Shown: positions 52,622 through 60,087 of the stretch, in pieces
Layout: each line of letters begins with the position of its first letter
Position numbering within the stretch: the first letter of the stretch is position 1
IMG/VR virus record: IMGVR_UViG_3300045988_173323
Direction: 5' to 3' (one strand)
Length of the DNA stretch: 60,087 nt
Source of the DNA: a virus
The notes under the pieces: generated by a model
Told to the model about the DNA's origin: nothing
Seen by the model: only the letters and a program-made list of their open reading frames with translations
The model's database searches: none
Made by a program: the position numbers and the translations under genes

Positions 52622-54722
52622 TGTGATAAACTCTTGCGGCTATATCTGCTGCCCTACCTTCACTAAAAGGATTAGTACTTATATATCCACATATACGAAC
52701 TGCAACATTCATTTTATCAAAATCATCGTTTCCGCAACAAGGACAAACGAATTTTAATTTATTTTTATCCATTTTAATATCTGTACTTCCACAAACTTGA
52801 CAGTAAGATGTAGTAGTGTTAATTTCTGCATACATATTAGTTTCATAAATATGTTTAATAATTTCCAATAGTGCAGGAATATTATTTTCCATATTTGGTG
52901 TTTCACAATATGTAATTTGACCTCCTTCGCTATATTTAGCGAAATCACTTTCAATAGTTAATTTCTCAAAAGCATCTATTGAAAATGCAGGATTTATATG
53001 ATAAGAATTAGTAATATATAATTTATCATTAACACCTTTTATGATAGGATATTCTTTCAACGCTTTTGCAAATTTAGTTGTAGTATTTTCAATAGGAGTC
53101 CCATATAAAGAAAAACCTATATTTGTTTTATTTTTCCATTCTTTACATTTTTCATTAAGGTGCTTCATAATAGACAGAGCCATTTCTTTTCCTTCTGAAG
53201 TAGTTAAGCTTTTATTTGTTAAAGCTAATACTGTTTCCCACAGTCCTGCATAGCCAAGAGAGATAGATGAATTTAATCCATATAATAAAGGATCAATTAC
53301 TTCTCCAGGTTTTAATCTTGCACAAGCACCATGTTGCCATAATATCGGGGCTACATCAGACTTTGTTCCTAGTAATCTATTATGCCTAATCATTAATGCT
53401 CTATAGCATAATTCTAGTCTTTCGTCTAGCACACTCCAGAAATCTTCCTTACTATTGATAGCTTCTAATGCAGCTGCCGCCAGATTTATAGTGACTACGC
53501 CCTGATTAAATTTCCCCCAATATCTATGTTCGATTGGATCTCCTGCGAGAAAAGATCTACATCCCATACATCCGTAGACGTCGCCTTTTAACTCTTTCAT
53601 CTTCTTTGCAGAGATATAATCTGGAACTAATCTTTTTGCACTACACTCCGCGGCTAATTCTGTTAAATACCAATATTCGCTATCTTCTGTAATGTTATTT
53701 TTATCTAAAACATAAAGTAACTTTGGAAAAGCTACAGTTACGTAAACACCCTGTTCATTCTTAATTCCTTTAATTCTTTGTTTTAAAATTTCTTCTATTA
53801 TTAGAGCTAAGTCTTTTTCCTCTTGTTTATTTTTAGCATCTTTTAAATAAAGAAATAAACTTGCAAATGGAGACTGACCATTCGTACTAGACATTGTAAT
53901 TAATTGATACTGAATTGTCTGAACGCCATCTGAGATTTCATCTCTTATTAACCTTTCAATTTCAGGATCACTCAAAAAAGGAAATTTTCTTAAATACCTT
54001 TCTCTTGATTTTTGAACAAGAGGGGCTAAGTGAGCTATATTGATAGTTTGTCCTCCATACTGAGAGCTTGCAACTTGAGCAGCAATTTGAGTTGCAACAG
54101 TACAACCTGTTCTAAAACTATTTGGAGGGTCTATCTTAGAGCCGCTTATAACAGTACCATTCTGTAACATATCTTCAAGATTAACTAAACAACAATTAGT
54201 CATTGGCATAGCAGGACTATAATCCATATCGTGAAAATGAATCCATCCTTTGTTGTGAGCATCTAATATGTCTTTATCAATATGAAATTCCGCTAATTCC
54301 TTACAGGTAAATCCAGCAATATAATCTCTCATAGTTGGAATAATTCTAGTATCTTTATTAGAGTTTTCGGTTTTAGATTCTTTATCTGTCCCATCAATTA
54401 GATTAAGAATTTTTTCATTCTTAAATTTTAATGTTCCTTTCATTTCTCTAAGATGAGTTCTTTCATCTCTATACACAATAAAAGCTTTTGCAACATCTTT
54501 TCTTTTAGTAGACATTAGTCCTTTTTCAACTAAATCTTGAATTTCTTCTACTGTTAAGTCTTTTGTTTTTGCTATATCTGAAATATAATCTGCAATATTA
54601 CCAGCTTTAATTAAAGCATAATCAGATATATCATTATCAATTTGCTTAAAAGCAGCAAGAACCGCGTCTACAATTTTCATCTTATCAAATTTTACTGTTC
54701 TATTATCTCTTTTAATTACCAT
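52599..54722 (-). CDS. nrdD: anaerobic (class III) ribonucleoside-triphosphate reductase
   Basis: An N-terminal ATP-cone (VIKRDNRTVKFDKMKIVDAV), the C-terminal Zn site CQVCGS...CPCCGN, and the glycyl-radical motif RICGYIS. Confidence 0.9.
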   Translation of the reverse strand: MVIKRDNRTVKFDKMKIVDAVLAAFKQIDNDISDYALIKAGNIADYISDIAKTKDLTVEEIQDLVEKGLMSTKRKDVAKAFIVYRDERTHLREMKGTLKFKNEKILNLIDGTDKESKTENSNKDTRIIPTMRDYIAGFTCKELAEFHIDKDILDAHNKGWIHFHDMDYSPAMPMTNCCLVNLEDMLQNGTVISGSKIDPPNSFRTGCTVATQIAAQVASSQYGGQTINIAHLAPLVQKSRERYLRKFPFLSDPEIERLIRDEISDGVQTIQYQLITMSSTNGQSPFASLFLYLKDAKNKQEEKDLALIIEEILKQRIKGIKNEQGVYVTVAFPKLLYVLDKNNITEDSEYWYLTELAAECSAKRLVPDYISAKKMKELKGDVYGCMGCRSFLAGDPIEHRYWGKFNQGVVTINLAAAALEAINSKEDFWSVLDERLELCYRALMIRHNRLLGTKSDVAPILWQHGACARLKPGEVIDPLLYGLNSSISLGYAGLWETVLALTNKSLTTSEGKEMALSIMKHLNEKCKEWKNKTNIGFSLYGTPIENTTTKFAKALKEYPIIKGVNDKLYITNSYHINPAFSIDAFEKLTIESDFAKYSEGGQITYCETPNMENNIPALLEIIKHIYETNMYAEINTTTSYCQVCGSTDIKMDKNKLKFVCPCCGNDDFDKMNVAVRICGYISTNPFSEGRAADIAARVYHIDPEEEE

Positions 54723-54802
54723 AATTAATATTATCCTCCTAATTATATTATTATTTTAAGGCTTATAATATATATTAAATTTTACTTATTGATTATTATT
54801 AG

Positions 54803-55393
54803 TTATTGTCCATGTATAAAATCTGCAATAGGTTCAAAAGAGTCAAACATACTAGGAGCATAATCAGATTCATTATAAAAAGTTATATATTCAAAATTAA
54901 TGTCTGAAAAATCTCTTTCGTCAGCAAGAAATCTTCGACAAATTTCTCTGCAATCTGGGTTATGTTCTCTTCTTAAAGCTCTTTTTAATCTTTCTTTTCC
55001 TGGTGCTTCTATTAAAACTGGTAGTACCTCTATTCTTTCATCTTTCAATAATTGCCTAATCCCTGAGATACTAAAAACACCAATATTTATTTTATCTTTA
55101 TCTAACTCTTGGATAGAAGTGCCATATAGCCATTTTTTAAAATAAACCGCATCTATTATATCTTTATTGCGAACCCGTCTTTCAAAATCATCACGATATA
55201 GAAAATAATAATCTATGCCATCTCTTTCGTATGCTCTTGGTGATCTAGTAGTACAACTAATAATTTCTTTTATTTCTGAATGATTGTAACACATTCGTTT
55301 TTTTATAGTATCTTTTCCTGCACCGCTCTTTCCGAACAGTGCAAGAACTTTATATTTTGACATTTTATTCTCCTTCCATACCATATCTAACAT
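54803..55393 (-). CDS. gmk: guanylate kinase-family nucleoside monophosphate kinase
   Basis: The P-loop GKSGAGKDT, the TTRSPRAYERDGIDYYF guanylate-kinase signature (TTRxPRxGExDGxDYxF), and the YGTS motif. Confidence 0.75.
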   Translation of the reverse strand: MLDMVWKENKMSKYKVLALFGKSGAGKDTIKKRMCYNHSEIKEIISCTTRSPRAYERDGIDYYFLYRDDFERRVRNKDIIDAVYFKKWLYGTSIQELDKDKINIGVFSISGIRQLLKDERIEVLPVLIEAPGKERLKRALRREHNPDCREICRRFLADERDFSDINFEYITFYNESDYAPSMFDSFEPIADFIHGQ

Positions 55394-56776
55394 GCTCTAG
55401 TTTCATATCTGAACCATTGACGTCAATAATCTTGTAGAGCTGATGGGTAGGGGTATGTTTATACGATTTAGTCTGAAATGTATCTCCACGCCTAAACCCA
55501 GTACACATTACTTTTGTTCCTCTTTGAAACCAGCCTTTTTCCATAACTTTTTTAGTTCCATCTTCTTGCTTTTCAGAAATTTGTCTCCCAAACATAGCAA
55601 AGTAATCTTTTGTAAATTTTACATTAACAACTCCAGAAGTTGTTAATAATGATATTGAAGAACGAGCATCATTTTTACTGATTACAGTGCCAATGATTTT
55701 ATAAGTCTTATAAATAGGGATTTCTTTTCCATTTCTTTTGAAAAAATAATCTACAACAGGCTCTTCGGGTAATTTAGAAAAATCTGAAATTCCATACTTT
55801 AAAGTATCAATATTTATTAATTCATGTGGATGATAATAAAAACATAAGCTTTCCATTTCCCACGCGGAAATATTTCCTTTAGCATATTTATTCCAAGAGT
55901 CAAGAAATAAAGCCTCATTAAATTCTTTTAATACTGTCTGTTGATTCTCTTTAAGCCAATCTCTAGCTCTATCCATGCCTTTTTGATACTTTTTATCCCA
56001 TTTGTTTTGTAAAATACAAACGCATCCGTTTATCACTTCAAGGTCTTCCATATCGTATCTTTGATTGTAGAATTTTTCACAAGCATCATCAAAGACATAA
56101 TATTTTCCAACTTTTTTCTCAGTTTTTAGATACTTATTAAAGAAAAATAATCTTTTCATACTATCTAAAGAAGGTGGAATTAAGTCTTTTTGAATTAAAC
56201 CATTAAAGTTTTGTAGCGTTAATTTCTTTTTTGGTTCACTAACAACAGACAGATAATATATCATTACAAGCACTCTTGGTTCAACATTTAATTCTTTTGC
56301 CCATTCTAATTCCAGTTTATCAAAAGCTCCGCTCTTTATTAAGGAAATCATTGCAGATTTATTTAAAGGACATCTTATCATAAAGTCTTTAATGCTTTTA
56401 TATGGTCTACCAGAAAAAATCTGCTCAATAATTGGTGCACCTACATTACTCAATGCTTTCATTCCAAAAAGAATTTCGTTGTTTTCAACATCTGGCTTAA
56501 AGCTATAGTCAGATTTATTTATATCAACTAAAGAAATTTTTATTCCTCTTGATAAAATATCTCCAATAGCCTTAGCTATTTTACTATAATCCGTAGATTT
56601 TTCTTTCTTTTTACTTTCTTCTGTTTCTTCTTCATTTTCAATATTATCTTCTTCTAAGGCTCCACTATTTACAATTAAACACGCGGTATTCCAATAGATA
56701 GGATTCCATCTTGTGGCTATGTATATAGTTTGAAATCCTATGAAAGAGTAAGCCAGGGCATGTATGCATAATTTAA
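55365..56776 (-). CDS. dnaE: DNA polymerase III alpha (DnaE-type) C-terminal exon (HhH + OB-fold region), downstream of the intron
   Basis: The translation upstream of the track start continues in frame as HALAYSFIGFQTIYIATRWNPIYWNTA...DINKSDYSF...EILFGM-KALSNVGAPIIEQI, matching the DnaE ...SHAxAYSxIGxQ... fingers and HhH region. The 5' limit at 56776 is the estimated 3' splice site (+/- a few nt). My reading of the displayed sequence near 56460 differed by 1 nt from the ORF track, and I trust the track. Confidence 0.7.
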
Positions 56777-56777
56777 A

Positions 56778-57992
56778 ATTACTGACTATTTTTTACAGAC
56801 GTTGTAGTGAGATTTTGGCTTTTCTCTTGTCTGCACACTATTTCCCAAAACGTATCAATAGTTTCAGTACTCCCCGTCTAACCAGGGATAGTCGATACAA
56901 CATTTTTCTTTTAATAGATTTATTTATTATCTCTAAGAGGGTATTTATATTTTTCTTTTTTATGAGAACGTCCTGCGTTAATATTTTTAATTGTTGCATA
57001 GCTTTTATTCCATTTTTTTGCGATATCTTTTAAAGATAAATCTGTTTCTAAAATATCTTTTATAATACCTTGAATCCAGATTTCATTTTTAGCTTTATTA
57101 CCACCTTTATCACAAAGAGGGTAGTTATCCTTATCACTATAAAAATATTTTCCTGTATTTATCATAGATAAAAATCCAGCTGATTTAATTCCAAAATCTT
57201 CTTGAATTGTTTTATATTTTTCTCCGCTTTTAATTCTATCTTTTATTTCTCTAATTTCTTTTTGAGAAAAGCGGCTTTTAGAATTTTTCTTTAAAGGATA
57301 ATCAAACTCTTCATTAAAATAATTTGTTCCAGTATTTATATTAACTAAAAACGTTCTTTTTAACTTAGGAAAATAAATTTTTTCAATATCATCATATTCT
57401 TCATCATTCATTAGACGATTTTGGATATCAATAATTTCTTCTTTTTTAAAGAGTTTAGATCGGTTTAATTTTTCTTCATACGTTAAAGGTTTTCTTTTAT
57501 ATCCTTGTCCGCCTAAAGTAATATTATATCCATTTTCATCTTTTAAAGAATGATAATATTGAATAAAATAAATTTCTCTTTCGTCAATATATTCTTGAGA
57601 TTCTCCATCAGCAATCTCTTCAAGAATATCAAAATTAAAATTATCCCAACCATATTTTCTTATGGCTGCGTGAAATGGCAAATTATAGCCAGAAGTTTTT
57701 TCATTAAAAGACTCACTTTTATGTCCATTTTTTCTTTTTTGAACATTATTAGTTTGTCCGATATAAATTTTACCATTTGTTTTATTTGTAAATTTATAAA
57801 TATAGTACATAATATTCTCCTTATACATTGTTTTACTATTCTCATGTATAACTGAAAAATACTATACCTCTATTAAAGAAATTTGTCACGAGATTTAACC
57901 CTCGTTAGCAATTAAAACCATATTTGCCAAATATGTAAATGTTTTAATTACCCCACTGATAAGTGGTTAAGTGTGTAAGCACCATTCACACA
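56778..57992 (-). mobile_element. group I intron (about 1.2 kb) in dnaE carrying a GIY-YIG homing endonuclease ORF
   Basis: dnaE reading frames lie on both sides. The insertion falls inside the conserved GY(S/G)F-NxS-HAxAY polymerase motif. In-frame stops follow exon 1 at 57986. A free-standing HEG with its own RBS lies inside. Flanking blocks of about 180 and 140 nt are compatible with a group I core. The boundaries are approximate. Confidence 0.7.
56920..57810 (-). CDS. GIY-YIG homing endonuclease (intron-encoded), 296 aa from MYYIYKFTN
   Basis: The classic N-terminal YYIYKFTNKTNGKIYIGQT...R...H...N...E GIY-YIG module is present. The C-terminal two-thirds looks like a DNA-binding extension. 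An AAGGAGA RBS precedes the second ATG; the track start at 57828 is 6 codons upstream. Confidence 0.8.
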   Translation of the reverse strand: MYYIYKFTNKTNGKIYIGQTNNVQKRKNGHKSESFNEKTSGYNLPFHAAIRKYGWDNFNFDILEEIADGESQEYIDEREIYFIQYYHSLKDENGYNITLGGQGYKRKPLTYEEKLNRSKLFKKEEIIDIQNRLMNDEEYDDIEKIYFPKLKRTFLVNINTGTNYFNEEFDYPLKKNSKSRFSQKEIREIKDRIKSGEKYKTIQEDFGIKSAGFLSMINTGKYFYSDKDNYPLCDKGGNKAKNEIWIQGIIKDILETDLSLKDIAKKWNKSYATIKNINAGRSHKKEKYKYPLRDNK

Positions 57993-60087
57993 ATGCTAAA
58001 GCTATATCCCATCTGCGGACCTATGCCATATTTCCATACATAGTCTCCGAGTTCTTTTCTTTTAGCTTGTTCAATAACCTTCTTTTTCAATTCTGGAATT
58101 TTACTCATTTGTTTTTTACCAACAATTTTTCTCGCGGTGTTGGCTTCAGATAACTTAAAACCGCAAATATCCTTATCCATTAACATACTCATTAATTGTT
58201 CTTGACTTGGCGGAACACCATAAGACTTTAAGAAATAAGGTTCTAATGTTTTCATCTCTTGAGGAGATAACCCCTCTCTTCTCATTTCTTGATACCAAAG
58301 ATCAATATTTTTTTTATATCTTACATATTTTTCCATTGGCGTTTCTTGACCTTTTTCACTAGTCATAAGTCTCATTAATCCATTAGCATCTGACATTTCA
58401 ATTATTGAGGCTGGCTTAATTTTTTTTGCAGCCTGACTGCCTACATCGCTATCAAATTGAAAAATATTTAAAACTGAGTTGTTTTGCAGTGCTTTCCAAC
58501 ATTTTTTATCTTCGATAGGTAAAACACTTGGATGAAAATATTTTTCATACACTTCTTTTAAAGATAAATCTGATTCAATTTCATTATTAGCCTGTAGTAA
58601 TTTAATTGTTTCTGCTAATTTATCCTGGACTTCAGTTACTAAGAAGTCATATTTTGTCATACCTGCTGCTTCGCACATATGAAGATCCCATTGCGTAATA
58701 ATTTCTCCTTTAGGAGTCCGCATAAAACATCCAAATTCATATGGGTCTTCATCAAAAAGGATTACTCCAGAAGCATGAGAACTCCTTTTGTTTACTAACC
58801 CTTCAATAGCAATCATAATATCTAATAAGCCAGGATATTTTTCTACCTCATTAGTAAACATCTTAATAGGCTTTCTATCTTTATCTGGGTTACCATTAAT
58901 GGCATCTGATAAAGACCATAAAAAACCTCTTTCACTTGGAATTAAAGAAGATAAAAATTGAGCAGTGTCAACATCAATTCCGTCTGGATACTCTTCACTT
59001 CTATATCCGCGACAAGCAGTTAAAATAGTTGATCGAGTACCTTCAGTTCCAAAAGTGGCTATCAACGTACATCCTAAATTTTTTCGAGATAAAACATCGA
59101 TATCTTTTTTAAAATTTTTTCCGCGTTCTTCCTTTATTTTCTTTAAAATTAAAGGTCTTTTACTTGGACTTAAATCTAAATCTATATCTCCAAGCTCTAT
59201 ACGCTCTTTATTTAAATATCTCCAGAAAGGAAGCTCCCATTCAATCGGATCTAGTTGAGTAATTCCCATTAAGTAATGATTTAATCCAGAGCAAGAACTT
59301 CCTCTTCCTGCACCTACCATACTTCCGCAATCCCAAAATAAATCAACATAATGTTGTAAAGTATTAGGATAACTAAACATATTAGTTTCAAGTTTTTTAC
59401 TAATAGTATCTTTAATATCAGCTTCTTCTTCTAATCGAGATAAATAAGTATTGTTATATTTATTTATTTCTTGGAGTTTTTGCAAACAAGTATTAACCCA
59501 ATATCTGTCTTGAATATCATCACTTAATAATAATTTATGTAAAGTAGGATATTCCTTTAAAGAGTTATCTTTAGGGTAATCTCTAACTTTAACTTTTGGA
59601 ATTGTTTGTTTATGTTTTAAATTATAATTTTCAATTTTAGAATAAATTTCTAAAGAATTATTACATAATTCTTCATAATTTAACTCAGAAGGCTTTAAAT
59701 TTTCAATTATTTCTTCTTCTGATTGCAAGTAACTATATTCATAAAACTCATCAACTTCTCGTTCTCCACCCTTAGAATTTAAGTAAGATTTATGAACAAA
59801 TCTATCTTCTTTTTTTAAATAATGAGCATCTGTGCCAAGTACCATTTTTATATTAAAACATCTAGCAATAGATAAAAGTCTCTTATTTACCATTACTTGA
59901 TCTTTACTTTGTCCTGGAGCACACTCAATATAGAAATCTTGTCCAAATAAAGACTTGTTCCATAAAATAAAATTAACTATTCTATTATGAGCTTCCCCCG
60001 CAGATTCAACATCTTTCATCTGCTCTGCTAAAATTAATTGTTTAGTTAAAGTGCTTAATTCTCCGCCCAAACATGCTGTTGTTGCAA
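57993..60087 (-). CDS. dnaE: DNA polymerase III alpha (DnaE-type) N-terminal exon (PHP domain + polymerase core), truncated by the window end
   Basis: The PHP motif GTDAHY and the palm/fingers region are present, ending ...GIGPQMGYSF immediately before the intron. The ORF remains open at 60070-60087, so the start lies beyond the window. Confidence 0.8.

Noticed and set aside
52563-53253. Plus-strand ORFs 52563-52757, 53041-53253 and minus-strand 52754-52954 inside nrdD/nrdG
   Set aside because: They are embedded in the strongly supported nrdD/nrdG reading frames and are low-complexity with no RBS.
56460-56780. Apparent frameshift in the dnaE C-terminal exon near 56460, and an intein as the explanation for the split polymerase
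   Set aside because: My manual reading of the printed sequence gave one extra nucleotide (atggaaagc versus atgaaagc). The provided ORF track, computed on the true window, starts this ORF with M-K-A-L at 56462. That fits a continuous exon (...EILFGM-KALSNVG...), so I trust the track and treat it as my reading error. An intein was rejected because the insert contains stop codons in frame and an independent GIY-YIG gene with its own RBS.

Overview
This 60 kb window looks like most of the genome of a virulent-type, very AT-rich tailed dsDNA phage of Firmicutes style. It has consensus sigma-A promoters everywhere, an anaerobic class III RNR, and no integrase or repressor, so the host is probably an anaerobic or facultative low-GC Gram-positive. 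The layout is: (i) 1-5.5 kb, a leftward early/accessory region of at least 15 tiny genes, each with its own near-consensus TTGACA-N17-TATAAT promoter and a conserved leader cassette. (ii) Two unusual non-coding control or ori-like regions (0.74-1.56 kb and 5.5-6.7 kb) that share a repeated TGTCTATTGACA / TTGTGCA motif family, perfect inverted repeats, face-to-face and divergent consensus promoters, GC-rich hairpins in an AT-rich background, 23-bp direct repeats, iterons and an (att)n microsatellite. (iii) 7.4-47.5 kb, one rightward late operon: two Zn-ribbon proteins, TerL, a DUF559-like nuclease, portal, scaffold, major capsid protein, head-tail proteins, major tail protein, chaperone, a 2843-aa tape measure protein, and a very large tail-fibre/baseplate set (1537, 466, 906, 675 and 530 aa). 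No sheath gene is seen, so this is a siphovirus-like long tail. (iv) 47.6-50.1 kb, a moron cluster with spore-coat/exosporium-like proteins and no recognisable endolysin. (v) 50.2-60.1 kb, a leftward replication/nucleotide module (RuvC, dUTPase, NrdG, NrdD, guanylate kinase, DnaE) in which dnaE is interrupted by a group I intron carrying a GIY-YIG homing endonuclease. No tRNA, rRNA or CRISPR array was found. The ORF track uses TTG/GTG starts, and several starts were corrected from RBS and promoter positions. All functional calls rest on motif recognition by eye; no database search was run.
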